Notes under the pieces: model-generated
Seen by the model: only the letters and a program-made list of their open reading frames with translations
What the model was told of the DNA's origin: nothing
Databases searched by the model: none
From: Anaerolineaceae bacterium
GTDB lineage: Bacteria > Chloroflexota > Anaerolineae > Anaerolineales > Anaerolineaceae
Direction of reading: 5' to 3'
Assembly: GCA_040371255.1 (NCBI GenBank)
Contig: BAABOD010000001.1
Location: forward strand, 60,545 to 124,544
Length of the DNA stretch: 64,000 nucleotides
Shown: piece after piece, positions 44,622 to 55,046 of the stretch
How the letters are laid out: each line of letters opens with the position of its first letter
Position numbering within the stretch: position 1 is the stretch's first letter
Position numbers and translations under genes: made by a program

Positions 44622-46409
44622 ATGTGCGGAATTTTCGGAATTGTAACTAAAGATGAGCAGCCCTTAGGGCCCATTCTTATCGACGCAGCCAAACGTCTGA
44701 CCTACCGCGGTTACGACTCGGTGGGGACCGCTACGCTCAACAGCGGGCGGATTGACCTGCGCAAAGATAAGGGCCGCGTGGATGAGGTGGCGGAGCGCTA
44801 TAACTTTGCCGAGATGCGCGGGCAGCGTGGCATAACACAGCTGCGCTGGGCTACTTTCGGCGCGCCATCCAAGGAAAATGCCCAGCCACATTTGGATTCC
44901 GATGGCGACATGGTCGGAGCGCACAATGGCAACGTGGTCAATAACGTGGAGCTGCGCCAAGCCTTTATGGCGGAAGGCATGACGGTGCGCTCGCAGAACG
45001 ACGGCGAATCCTGCGTGCATGCCGTCGAGCGGTATGTGAACCAGGGTCAGGACATGGTCAGTGCCATCCGCTTGGCTTATCAGGACCTGCAGGGCGATTA
45101 CGCCTTTGTGATTGGCAGCATCTATGACGACAAGCTCTACGCCATTAAGAAGGGTTCTGGTTTAGTGGTGGGAATTGGCGACGGCTTTACCTGCGTCTCC
45201 TCAGATTTGCCCTCGATCCTGCCACTGACACGTAAAATCGTGCGCCTCAATGATGGCGACGTGGTCACCCTAAGCTGGGATGGCATAGAACTGCACGCGG
45301 TGAGTGACGGCAGCCGGATTGAACGCGAGCCAGAGCTGATCACCGAGGAAATGTCCGCGGTGCAAAAAGGCGGCTATGCTCACTTTATGCTCAAGGAAAT
45401 CCATGAGCAACCCCAGGTGGCACGCGAGCTGCTGCACTTGCTGGCGCATCACCCCGATGTGCCCCGCGTCTTGCAAGCCATAGAAGCCGCGCGTAATGTG
45501 TATTTCATCGGCTGCGGCACGAGCTACCACGCCTGCTTGGCTGGCTCTGTCTACTTTGGCTGGCAGGCAAAACGGGCTGTAATCCCTGTTTTAGCGCCAC
45601 AATTCATCGCGCAGTATGCTCCTGCGGTCAATGAGCAGGATGTAGGCATTTTCGTCAGCCAATCTGGCGAGACGAAGGATGTGCTCAATGCTCTGGAGCG
45701 CGCACAAGCTGCTGGGATGACCTGCTATAGCATGGCTAACGTGATTGGTTCGACGCTGACCAAACAAACCTCTGCCTGGCTGCCATTGACTTGCGGCTAT
45801 GAGATCAGCGTGCCGGCAACCAAGACGTTTACCAATCAGGTGATCACTTTCCTCTACCTGGCTAACCTATTGGGCGGAGGAGATGGGCAGGCGTTGGAAG
45901 GTCTGCCGGTCCTGATGGAAGAAACCCTTGCCGTGTGTGAACCACAAGTGAGGGTTTTGGCTGAAGAGATCAACGCTTGGAATGATCTGTATTGTTTAGG
46001 TTATGGCGCCACGCTCCCCATGGCGCTGGAAGGCGCACTGAAGCTCAAGGAGATCACCTACGCCCACTGCGAAGGCATGCTTTCCACCGAGTTCAAACAC
46101 GGTCCGCTTTCAGCTGTAACCAAGGGCTTCCCAGTGATATTTGCGGTGGGTCCAGAAGACGTGCCGCTCATCGTGAGTGGCATCAACGAGGTAACCTGCC
46201 GCGGTGGGCGCGCGATTGCCATCGGTGCAGAACACAGCCGCCTGCGTGCCAATGCCACTGACCTAATTCCTATCCCGGCTGCCGAGGCTCCCATAGCTGC
46301 ATTGCTGACCGTGCTGCCATTGCAGTTGCTGGCTTATCACATGTCGATTGGGCGCGGCTATGACCCTGACTTCCCGCGCAACCTGAGCAAAACCCTGACA
46401 GTGGATTAG
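44622..46409 (+). CDS. glmS: glutamine--fructose-6-phosphate aminotransferase
   Basis: MCGIFGI N-terminal nucleophile, two SIS domains, C-terminal PRNLSKTLTVD (consensus PRNLAKSVTVE). Confidence 0.95.
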   Translation: MCGIFGIVTKDEQPLGPILIDAAKRLTYRGYDSVGTATLNSGRIDLRKDKGRVDEVAERYNFAEMRGQRGITQLRWATFGAPSKENAQPHLDSDGDMVGAHNGNVVNNVELRQAFMAEGMTVRSQNDGESCVHAVERYVNQGQDMVSAIRLAYQDLQGDYAFVIGSIYDDKLYAIKKGSGLVVGIGDGFTCVSSDLPSILPLTRKIVRLNDGDVVTLSWDGIELHAVSDGSRIEREPELITEEMSAVQKGGYAHFMLKEIHEQPQVARELLHLLAHHPDVPRVLQAIEAARNVYFIGCGTSYHACLAGSVYFGWQAKRAVIPVLAPQFIAQYAPAVNEQDVGIFVSQSGETKDVLNALERAQAAGMTCYSMANVIGSTLTKQTSAWLPLTCGYEISVPATKTFTNQVITFLYLANLLGGGDGQALEGLPVLMEETLAVCEPQVRVLAEEINAWNDLYCLGYGATLPMALEGALKLKEITYAHCEGMLSTEFKHGPLSAVTKGFPVIFAVGPEDVPLIVSGINEVTCRGGRAIAIGAEHSRLRANATDLIPIPAAEAPIAALLTVLPLQLLAYHMSIGRGYDPDFPRNLSKTLTVD

Positions 46410-46421
46410 AGCGGTCTTAGC

Positions 46422-48830
46422 TTATTCCTCCTCCTCCCCTTGAATATTCTCACGCTTCGTGATAAACATCCTCGGTTGGCTGCCGAAGTGATGATGCACA
46501 CTACCGTCAGGCAAAGTGACGATGGTATTCTTGCCCTCACGTACCACTTCTACACCGCGGTAGCGTATGCTGAGCCGCCACGGGAAAGGGAACTCCCCAG
46601 CAACCTGCACACGATCCGGTGCCAAAAGCTTGATGCCAGCCAGTTCGAGAAAAATTTGCAACGGGAGTAAACCCGTGAGGCAGTTGCTTTTACCCAAAGG
46701 CAGAGCGTTCTGGCTGTTATAAGCTTCACATAGGTGGTGCTCCTGCCGCAGCACTTGAACCGCACCGCGCATCAAGCTGGTAAAAAGCTCTGCAGCTTCA
46801 GGCTTAGCGCCAACCTCTAATATGTGTCTCAGTACCAGGCTGTTCCATGCTGGATTTATCGAGCCTGTTTTGATAGCTTCCTGAGTTTTTTGTTCGTAAT
46901 TCGGCAAGCCATAAAGGCTAGAGGCAAAAATTGATTGTGGGGGATCTTCTGCGTCGACGTTGAATTCGTCCTGGGCTCCCTCAATAAGCTCCGAGGGTTT
47001 CAGCTTTTCTTCAGGCGTGTAAGCCAAATACCAACCAATATCCCTGAGCGTTAGATCCGCCACGTAAATCCTCAGCCAGGTCTGGTCGCTCAGCTCGGGA
47101 AAGCTGATGCGCTCGATCTGTTGGTAAACCTGCTCCGTGGTAAAAAACAGATATTCTCCTAAGCGGGAGAGCGCTGCGCTGGGTATGGTTTCTTCAATCG
47201 GTTTGCCATCGGGACTTTTACCCAGGAGATGAACTTGTGTAGGCTTTGGAGCCGTTAATCCTATCAGCAGCTTGACGTTGATACGGGCAGCTTGTGCCAA
47301 GTGTAAGCTTTGGTGCTCTAGTTCAGCAATGCTGCCCTCGAAGAGCACAGCTTGGCTAGTTAGCAGGTGAGAATCGCGATCCCAGCAGCTGGCTTCCGGG
47401 AACTGTGTGTGCATTGCCCGAAGCTGAGAAGTTAGTTTAGCCTGCAATGCGCTCGCGTGCTCAAGAGTATCTTGATCTCCCACAATCCGAGCGATTTTTT
47501 GCAGCGCGTCGAGTTCTTTTACCAACATCTTTCCCAGAGCATAACTCTCAGTGGTGGCGATGCGTGTGGCTAAGTGCTTAGGATTGAAAATATTAAAGGT
47601 AGGGTGATCATTCCAGCCGGTTTGCGCAAGCACTGCCCACTCGGGGAGCCCATCTTGGTCACGGTCCAGAGATGGATCGAACCAAGCCAAGCACGTTTCT
47701 TGGATGTGAGGAAAGATTTCTGTCAAGAATTCGAGATCACCAATTTGAGCGTAAATCTGTACTGCCAATTGGGCTAAGCATGGAAAGGGCAGCACTTTGC
47801 GCCCCAAACCAGGCACCTTGGGAGGATCGCTCAGGAGTGGAAGCTGAGCAAGGAAGACAGCCGCTGCTTCGGATGGGTGCAATGGGATTAATGCTTGGCA
47901 GAGTTGTGCTAGAGCGAGCGCTGGAATGTTGGGTTCGAGCGGCATATTGCGCTTCGAAGCTGTTAAATTTTGCATGTAGCTATAATCTGTGCTGCGATTG
48001 GGGTAAAAATTCAGCTGCTCAGGGTCTGCTTCTGTGCGGATGAGGGCTTGCTGAGCGGCATTTTGGCAGGTCAGAAAAACAGCATCCCAATCGGCATTGG
48101 GCGTGCTGATTTCCAAGATCTCTGCCCGTTGGGAAAGCCTAAGGTTAGCAATAGCTGCATCCCAATTTTCAGGGAAGGGTTGGAATGCGCGTTTTACGCT
48201 GGTTTCTTCGTCTAATGCGGCACTCCAGCGCCAAGTAAATGTTAGCATTTCCTGTGGAGCAACTTTACCTTCGCATTGTAAAGCAGAAAAGGGGCTATAC
48301 ACTGGTGCAGCTTGTCCGGATGCTGCTAAGGATAAATAAAGATTACCTGTTTTTCCTGATAAATAGGGCTGATATTGGAGCACAGCTGGCGCCATTCCAA
48401 CGCTCCCTTCCAACGGAAAAAGTTCCGCCGCAGCTTGGATTCCAAGCATTGCTTTGGATTCAGTCAAGTTGTGCAAGCTTAGCCGGCAAAGCAGAGTGGT
48501 GCTGGTCTGAGCCCAAACTTCCAAGCGTGCCTGAAAGCCAGACGCAGGCGTGCAAGTAAAGCGCGCATAATTGGAGAAGATTTCGTCTACGCGCGGCTGG
48601 GAGAAAAAATCATTAATTAGCCATATCGGCTGGCGGTTGATCAAGAAAACCGGAAAGAGGCTAAACTTTTTTGCCTGTAAGCATAAGCTGGTTTCAAGCG
48701 CAAGAGGCTTGTTTGGATTTAAATTTGCCTGCCAGACAGCATCAATATATGGGTCGAGCAATCCGAAGCGCTGGTCTGCAGCTAAGGTCAAGCCAATGGG
48801 ATCCGATTGGAAAAAGGGGCTAGCAAGCAT
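46422..48830 (-). CDS. (alpha/alpha)6-barrel glycoside-hydrolase-like protein (GDE_C/GH63-like)
   Basis: 802 aa. DRDQDGLPEWA..GWNDHP resembles the acidic loop motif of six-hairpin glycosidases. The rest is unassigned. Confidence 0.4.
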   Translation of the reverse strand: MLASPFFQSDPIGLTLAADQRFGLLDPYIDAVWQANLNPNKPLALETSLCLQAKKFSLFPVFLINRQPIWLINDFFSQPRVDEIFSNYARFTCTPASGFQARLEVWAQTSTTLLCRLSLHNLTESKAMLGIQAAAELFPLEGSVGMAPAVLQYQPYLSGKTGNLYLSLAASGQAAPVYSPFSALQCEGKVAPQEMLTFTWRWSAALDEETSVKRAFQPFPENWDAAIANLRLSQRAEILEISTPNADWDAVFLTCQNAAQQALIRTEADPEQLNFYPNRSTDYSYMQNLTASKRNMPLEPNIPALALAQLCQALIPLHPSEAAAVFLAQLPLLSDPPKVPGLGRKVLPFPCLAQLAVQIYAQIGDLEFLTEIFPHIQETCLAWFDPSLDRDQDGLPEWAVLAQTGWNDHPTFNIFNPKHLATRIATTESYALGKMLVKELDALQKIARIVGDQDTLEHASALQAKLTSQLRAMHTQFPEASCWDRDSHLLTSQAVLFEGSIAELEHQSLHLAQAARINVKLLIGLTAPKPTQVHLLGKSPDGKPIEETIPSAALSRLGEYLFFTTEQVYQQIERISFPELSDQTWLRIYVADLTLRDIGWYLAYTPEEKLKPSELIEGAQDEFNVDAEDPPQSIFASSLYGLPNYEQKTQEAIKTGSINPAWNSLVLRHILEVGAKPEAAELFTSLMRGAVQVLRQEHHLCEAYNSQNALPLGKSNCLTGLLPLQIFLELAGIKLLAPDRVQVAGEFPFPWRLSIRYRGVEVVREGKNTIVTLPDGSVHHHFGSQPRMFITKRENIQGEEEE

Positions 48831-48948
48831 AGCCTCATTTTAGCACTGGCAGCACCAAATTAGTTTCAATATGCTCTCACCCTTCCGGGAACCTCAGCAC
48901 ATTAATCGTCGTTAAATCAAACATAGACGTTATGCTAAAATAAAGCTG

Positions 48949-51900
48949 ATGACAGATCAAAATATTAACCCAAATGATAATTATCCTGAGGAAAACCGCC
49001 AAGGGGATTTCGGCGAAATTGGTGCTTTCCAAGACTCTGAAGGTACCATCGAGCCGGTAAACTCTAATGAGGACACTGGACCAACCCCTGAGGAAGTGGC
49101 ACAAACCTCCTCTAACGTTGATGAAGATCAGAACCAAAGTGGTGAAGATCAGCAGAGCCTTAGCGAAGAAACTTATATTGCAGAATCGCAGAATCGTGAA
49201 CTGAGCGAGGATGTTGAAAATACAACTGGCGGGGAACAATCGGAAGAACAGCCCACAGAACCACCCGCGGCACCTTCAGAACCCTGGTTCAAGGAAGTGG
49301 CGGGCTTTAGTGGTGAGCCAACTCCAGCCGTTCAAGCGAAAACGATTGAACCTGACCTTCACACCGACTTTTTTACTGAGCATTGGGCGCGCAATGAGCA
49401 GCAACCTCCTTCGACCAGCCAAACCCGCATGGTAAAACCCGCCGGCGGCTGGACGTATGAGCCTGACCGCTTGCAGGATAACATCCCTACCATTCCTCCA
49501 CAGGAACCGGTGCAACCCCAAGCTGAGCAACCAGTTCCACTTCCACGCCGTGTTACCGAAACTGATGCTGGTGCCACCCGCCTCACATCCTCAGCCTATA
49601 CCCCGGCAAGGGCAGCGTCTGGCGATACGCAGCCTGTTTCAGTTCCACACCACCCCATCCGTGAACACGCTGGTGGGGGCGGAAATATTCCCACCCAGCC
49701 TAACCACACCCCAGCCGCAAAAGGGAAAGCACCGAAGAAAAAGAAAAGCTTTCCTTGGCAGGCAATTTTAGGTGCCATTTTATTTCTCCTCATAATCGCC
49801 ATTATTTTTGTTGGGATGCAATATTTCCGCATTGCTTCGACCTTACCGAGTGTAGCAGAGCTGCGTTCGCGTACCTCTCAGTTCGAAACCACGCGTATCC
49901 TCGATCGAAACGGTAACATCCTTTACGAAATGGTCGATCCTAACGCTGGAAAACGAACCTATGTACCATTGGAGAGGATTTCTCCATATATGATTGCGGC
50001 GACAATCGCAACAGAAGACAAGGAATATTATAACCACCCTGGCTTTGACGTCGTGGCTGTTGCTCGGGCACTGTGGCAAAACTATACATCTGGCGAGATA
50101 GTCTCCGGCGCTTCAACTATCACGCAGCAGTTGGCGCGTATGCTCTTGCTGCAAGATGAGCGCTTTGAGCAATCCTATGAACGCAAAGCCCGCGAAATCA
50201 TCTTGGCAGCTGAAATCACGCGGCGCTATAGCAAAGAAGAAGTGCTAGAGCTATACCTCAACGAGATTTACTATGGCAACTTGGCTTATGGTGTGGAAGC
50301 AGCGGCAGAGACTTACTTCAATACCACTGCTGCTGATCTCAACCTCTGGCAGGCTGCATTTTTAGCTGGCTTGCCGCAATCGCCGGCGATCTATGATGTT
50401 TACAATAACCGGGAGGCAACCCTTACCCGCAGCCGCGCGGTGTTGGTCTTGATGTACCAGCTCAGCGAGGAGAAGAACTGCATTTATATTGGGGAAAACT
50501 TGGATAAAGTCTGTGTGAGTGCAGCTGATGCATTAGCTGCCCGCGAACAGATTGAAACCTATGCTTTCGTGCAAAAGCAAAACACGATGCGCTTTCCGCA
50601 TTGGGTGGTGTACATCCAATCGCTGCTCGAACAGCAGTTCGATGCTCAGACGATTTACCGTTCGGGATTCACGATTTACACCACAATTGACCCTAACTTG
50701 CAGGAGGCTGCCCAAAGAGCAGTACAAGACCAATTAGCCACGATGACCGCTAATAATGCTACCAACGGCGCCGTGGTAGCCATCAACCCTAAAAATGGCG
50801 AGATTTTAGCTATGGTTGGATCTGCGGATTTCTATAACGAAGCCATTAGCGGGCAAGTAAATATGGCGATTTCGCAAACCCGCCAGCCAGGTTCAGCCAT
50901 TAAACCAATCACCTATTTGGCTGCCTTCGAGAAAGACTGGACCCCAGCTACGCTAATTTGGGATGTTCCTTCGGAGTTTCCACCTTCTGGCATAGAAGGC
51001 GACCCAAGCGCGCCTTATGTGCCGGTAAATTACGATGGACGCTTCCACGGACCAGTGACGGTGCGCAGTGCCTTAGCCAACTCTTACAACATCCCCGCGG
51101 TTAAAGCCCTGCAATATGTGGGTATCTACGATGACCCCGCCACGTTACAAGAAGATGGCTTTATTGCCATGGCAAAGCGCTTAGGCACCACCAGCCTGAC
51201 GCGCCCAGATTACGGGCTTTCGCTCACCCTGGGCGGAGGCGAAGTGAGCCTGTTGGAATTGACTGGCGCTTACGCCGTGATAGCTAATGAAGGCAGGCGT
51301 GTGGCACCGGTTGCGGTTACCAAGGTGGTCGATTACACTGGTCAGACCGTCTTTGAATACACCCCACCAGCCGGCGACCAAGTAATTCGGGAAGCACATG
51401 CTTTTCTGATTAGCTCGATACTTTCGGACCCCGAAGCACGTGCGCCTATGTTTGGCTATCCCTCCGTACTTGACCTACCCTTTGCGGCAGCAGCTAAAAC
51501 CGGCACAACCAATGACTATCGCGATAACTGGACCTTGGGTTATACCCCCGACTTGGTTGTAGGTGTTTGGGTGGGTAACGCAGATTATTCCCCAATGGTC
51601 AATACAACCGGTGTCAGCGGTGCAGCGCCGATTTGGGCGAGAGTGATGCAGGATGGGATCAGTTTAATTTATGGCGGGCAAGCAACGCCGTTCAGGCAGC
51701 CTGCAGATATAGAAGATGAAGTCATCTGTGCAGTATCGGGCACCAAGCCCTCTGAGTGGTGCCCCAGTACGCGCGTGGAGTATTTTGCCTCTGACCAGCT
51801 GCCTGCACCGAAGGAAGAAGACCTTTGGAAAGAAGTTGAAATTGACACTTGGACTGGCTTGAAAGCCTCGGCAGCTTGCGCGGAACTGACTAAGCGGGAA

Positions 51901-52578
51901 TTAGTGATCAATGTAACCGATAAATTCGCTATTCGCTGGCTTAAAGAAACCGAGGAGGGCAGACAATGGGCGGATAATTATGGTTTTCCGGACCCGCCGG
52001 TCATCCTGCCGGAACGGGAGTGCCAGCCGGATGATCCGCATGCCATCATCGAGCTTAATTTGGTCAACGGACAGACTATTCGCGAAAATCCATTCAAAAT
52101 CATTGGGATTATTGATGCCACAGCGAATTTCCAAGATTTCCGCATCGATTGGGGTGAAGGGGAAGACCCAACGGAGTGGAATGTGTTAGTTGATTGGAAT
52201 AATGATCCAGCCCATACACCCCAGGAGATTTACGAGTGGGATTTGACCGAAGTAGAAGCGCCTGTGGTAACCTTGCGCGTTCTGATGCGCAGCACGGTGG
52301 ATACGCAAGCGGAAAAACGCTTCACCCTCACACTGGAAGTGCCAACGCCCACGCCAACCGAGACGCCCACTCCAACGGAGACTCCAACACCGACCCTCAC
52401 GCCAACTCCGACACTCATGCCAACGCTTACCCCAACCAGGATTCCTACGTCGACCCCTACTCCTTTGCCAGAGCCAACGAATACCCCAATTCCAATCCCA
52501 ACTCAAGAAACGCCGACGCAAATTAATATTAGCACTCCAACCGAATTTTTGCCTTCAGCAACACCCGAACCTACATAA
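48949..52578 (+). CDS. class A penicillin-binding protein (transglycosylase + transpeptidase) with long disordered N-terminus and Pro/Thr-rich C-terminal tail
   Basis: GT51 motifs EDKEYYNHPGFD and RKAREIILAAEI. Transpeptidase SAIKP (SxxK), SYN, KTGTT. TM segment at about aa 275-295. C-terminus TPTPTETPTPTETPTPTLTPTPT. Confidence 0.9.
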   Translation: MTDQNINPNDNYPEENRQGDFGEIGAFQDSEGTIEPVNSNEDTGPTPEEVAQTSSNVDEDQNQSGEDQQSLSEETYIAESQNRELSEDVENTTGGEQSEEQPTEPPAAPSEPWFKEVAGFSGEPTPAVQAKTIEPDLHTDFFTEHWARNEQQPPSTSQTRMVKPAGGWTYEPDRLQDNIPTIPPQEPVQPQAEQPVPLPRRVTETDAGATRLTSSAYTPARAASGDTQPVSVPHHPIREHAGGGGNIPTQPNHTPAAKGKAPKKKKSFPWQAILGAILFLLIIAIIFVGMQYFRIASTLPSVAELRSRTSQFETTRILDRNGNILYEMVDPNAGKRTYVPLERISPYMIAATIATEDKEYYNHPGFDVVAVARALWQNYTSGEIVSGASTITQQLARMLLLQDERFEQSYERKAREIILAAEITRRYSKEEVLELYLNEIYYGNLAYGVEAAAETYFNTTAADLNLWQAAFLAGLPQSPAIYDVYNNREATLTRSRAVLVLMYQLSEEKNCIYIGENLDKVCVSAADALAAREQIETYAFVQKQNTMRFPHWVVYIQSLLEQQFDAQTIYRSGFTIYTTIDPNLQEAAQRAVQDQLATMTANNATNGAVVAINPKNGEILAMVGSADFYNEAISGQVNMAISQTRQPGSAIKPITYLAAFEKDWTPATLIWDVPSEFPPSGIEGDPSAPYVPVNYDGRFHGPVTVRSALANSYNIPAVKALQYVGIYDDPATLQEDGFIAMAKRLGTTSLTRPDYGLSLTLGGGEVSLLELTGAYAVIANEGRRVAPVAVTKVVDYTGQTVFEYTPPAGDQVIREAHAFLISSILSDPEARAPMFGYPSVLDLPFAAAAKTGTTNDYRDNWTLGYTPDLVVGVWVGNADYSPMVNTTGVSGAAPIWARVMQDGISLIYGGQATPFRQPADIEDEVICAVSGTKPSEWCPSTRVEYFASDQLPAPKEEDLWKEVEIDTWTGLKASAACAELTKRELVINVTDKFAIRWLKETEEGRQWADNYGFPDPPVILPERECQPDDPHAIIELNLVNGQTIRENPFKIIGIIDATANFQDFRIDWGEGEDPTEWNVLVDWNNDPAHTPQEIYEWDLTEVEAPVVTLRVLMRSTVDTQAEKRFTLTLEVPTPTPTETPTPTETPTPTLTPTPTLMPTLTPTRIPTSTPTPLPEPTNTPIPIPTQETPTQINISTPTEFLPSATPEPT

Positions 52579-52582
52579 GCTT

Positions 52583-52715
52583 GTTCTCGCCGGTCTACCT
52601 TTTCACGCACGTCTCCGAGTGCGTAGACTGACATTAGAGTATCAAGCGAGTAGTTTTGTCCGTAGGTCTCACAAGCATTGCATAGTCGGGAGTGCGCAGC
52701 CTGCCTGTAAGGTAT
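52583..52715 (-). repeat. interspersed repeat cluster (GTTCTCGCCGGTCT.. plus two L-type modules)
   Basis: GTTCTCGCCGGTCTACC...GAGTGCGTAGACTG...CCGTAGGTCTC...GGGAGTGCGCAGCCTGCCTGTAAGGTA. Confidence 0.7.
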
Positions 52716-52761
52716 CATGCTAAAACAAGGAAGAACAAGTTTGTTTGAGAAAACTGACAAT

Positions 52762-54981
52762 TTAAAACAGTGGCAGTTGTGAGCGCTGGTACTCAGGGGG
52801 ATCTTCAAGGATCTTAACAGGGAAGGATTCCCGCGTGAGAAGCGGTTCTGCCCCGAGGATGCGCACTTGGCGGAATTTAATAAAATGCCAGCTCTCCCCG
52901 CAGAGTTCCTGCAGATGCGGATCCCGCCTGAGTTTATAAGTGAGCAAGTTAGATCGGCTGGCTGGGAGAACGATATATTTCTCGCCGGGAAAGCTATTAT
53001 ACGTATAAATCAATGGCGTGGTAACGGTGGTGAGCAATAGGAAAAAGCTATAGATGAGATTCCCGCTCTGATCATGCCAGGTGATCACTTCGCCTTGCCG
53101 CTTTATATTGTAATTTAAGCGCTTAGCGATAATTTCGAGCAAAGTGACCATTTCTCTTAAATCCCGCTGGCGAGTATTGGATGCTTCTCTGGCGCGCAGC
53201 TGCCAAGTGAGACTTTCACCTTCGATTTTATCAGCATAGGCGCTCAACACTGTTTCGATCAACTCTGATGGCGGAGTAAGCAGCCCAGGGAAGGTAAGAT
53301 AAGCTTTCTGTATAACCTCATGATCCCTTGAGTGAGGATTCTCAGCTAAAAGCGCGAGCAGGGCTGTCTCTAGCTTTTCTGCTAACGGCGTTAACTGTTT
53401 TGGTGAACCAGCTAACCAGTAAAGACCACTCTCAAGCGTAGCACCGGGGTTGTAGCGCGTTAGCAAAGTTGTATCCAAAAAAACGCGCTCAAGCTCAGCT
53501 TGTAATTCGTTTAGCGTGTGGTTTGGCTGTGCTTGGGGTTGGCCAGCCAATAAGCCCTTAGCATGTGCCTGAAGGGCAATCTGAGTAAGTAGCACTAAAT
53601 AGGTGGCAGGTTCTCCTTTTTGCATAAGCAAATCCTGAACTGCCTGTTGAGCGCAAAGCTGCAGGCTTTGCCCGATGGGCTTTGGCGGTGCGGAGGAAAG
53701 CTTCCAGACAGTTTGCAAGGTGCTTTCTTCGCCATCCAGAGCGTAAGTCTGCATCTGCAAGCCGGCTTCTTGTGCACCCAATAGCCCAGAGAGCATAAAG
53801 AGTGGGTCCAGCTCGCCGATTTGCAATAAAATTGGATTTTCCGGTTGGAGCATCTTGGGCAAGTGCGAGAGCACCTTCGTGAGGGCGTAGGTATGCCATG
53901 TCCAGTCATAACGCTGGCGCAGCAGGCTATGCCGTAAAGGCGAAAGTGCCTCCTTCCCCCATAGCCAACTAGTCCATAAACCAGAAAGATGCCAATAAGC
54001 CTGATTCCTGCGCGGCAAAGCAGACGTCGCCAAGCTGAACATGTGAGGTTCGGGAAGAGGATCTAACTCACGTAAACGGCCGCGAAAGAGGCTGATACCA
54101 CCTTTTTGTGGAGGTATTCCAGGCCAGGGCTTGAGCACAATTTCTGGCTCCTGTACCTGCCATAGATTGAGGGAACGAAGCAGAGCATGCCACAAGTTTG
54201 TTTCTTGATAGGCGGGTGGTCGGATAAGCTGGTGCGGTCGGTTCCGCCCGAGAGGGTAAGCCCACAACTGATTCATCTGGTCGGCTGTCGTGAGGAAAAG
54301 GGCTTGCAAGAGTGTTCGTTGACGCTCTGTGAACGATGGATCACTTATTTTGTTGAGCAAAGCCTGCAGCAAGATTAGTGCGCGAGGAGAGTAAAAGCGG
54401 ATCACCTCATCCATTACCGAGCGCAAAGGATCATCAGGGCTGGCAGCAAGCTCCAAAGCGCGTGAACGGTGAAGAGCATAGGACGGTAGCGCCTTTAGCG
54501 ATTGCAGTACTTGCGCTGTGGCAGGCAAATCAGCCGAAAAACCGCAGTGAGGGCAGGTAATCTGAAGGATTTGAGGTTCGCTATGGTCTTCTTCCCAGAT
54601 AAAGGCGGTAACCTCGGCTGTCTGGTCACATTGGGGGCAAGGAAGCTGGTAAAAGCTCTTGATGTAATCTTCAAAACGTTCGCCAGCACTCATGCGCAAG
54701 TCCGCCAAGGCTTGGAGAGCGTCACCAAGCTCTGTGGCGGAAGGGGCAGAAGCTAAAACTTCCAAGATGAATGCAGCTACGGGGTTGTTGGCTGTTACCA
54801 ACACGCGGTAGCCTGAACGCGCTAACTCCAGGTCGGTAAAAGGATCCGCGCAAAATGGATCTAAAATCCAACTGCCAGGTTCAGCGAACTGCCCAACCCA
54901 AGTTGTCGCCATACCGGAGAAATGCGGCGGCAGGAAACGCTCCAGCGGCAAGCCGGTTTGGGTCTGCCCTTGCCCGGGCAC
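52762..54981 (-). CDS. large protein with degenerate DNA-methylase-like motifs and a CxxC...CxxC zinc ribbon
   Basis: 739 aa. WILDPFCADPFTDLELARSGYRVLVTANNPVA resembles motif I and its following helix (DPFxGxGTT..A..lGR..iGiE) but with the Gly residues lost. CPQC..17 aa..CPHC. RPPAY occupies the position where a (D/N)PPY motif would be expected. Confidence 0.35.
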   Translation of the reverse strand: MPGQGQTQTGLPLERFLPPHFSGMATTWVGQFAEPGSWILDPFCADPFTDLELARSGYRVLVTANNPVAAFILEVLASAPSATELGDALQALADLRMSAGERFEDYIKSFYQLPCPQCDQTAEVTAFIWEEDHSEPQILQITCPHCGFSADLPATAQVLQSLKALPSYALHRSRALELAASPDDPLRSVMDEVIRFYSPRALILLQALLNKISDPSFTERQRTLLQALFLTTADQMNQLWAYPLGRNRPHQLIRPPAYQETNLWHALLRSLNLWQVQEPEIVLKPWPGIPPQKGGISLFRGRLRELDPLPEPHMFSLATSALPRRNQAYWHLSGLWTSWLWGKEALSPLRHSLLRQRYDWTWHTYALTKVLSHLPKMLQPENPILLQIGELDPLFMLSGLLGAQEAGLQMQTYALDGEESTLQTVWKLSSAPPKPIGQSLQLCAQQAVQDLLMQKGEPATYLVLLTQIALQAHAKGLLAGQPQAQPNHTLNELQAELERVFLDTTLLTRYNPGATLESGLYWLAGSPKQLTPLAEKLETALLALLAENPHSRDHEVIQKAYLTFPGLLTPPSELIETVLSAYADKIEGESLTWQLRAREASNTRQRDLREMVTLLEIIAKRLNYNIKRQGEVITWHDQSGNLIYSFFLLLTTVTTPLIYTYNSFPGEKYIVLPASRSNLLTYKLRRDPHLQELCGESWHFIKFRQVRILGAEPLLTRESFPVKILEDPPEYQRSQLPLF

Positions 54982-55046
54982 AAAAGGCGCAGGATTACAT
55001 GTGGTTAGAGATGAGGTACTCAGCTTTCCGCCTTTCCCTGATTACA

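Noticed and set aside
52186-52526. Tandem DNA repeats at the PBP 3' end as a separate repeat element or overlapping gene
   Set aside because: They simply encode the Thr-Pro(-Glu/Leu) linker of the PBP in frame. The overlapping ORFs on other frames are artefacts.
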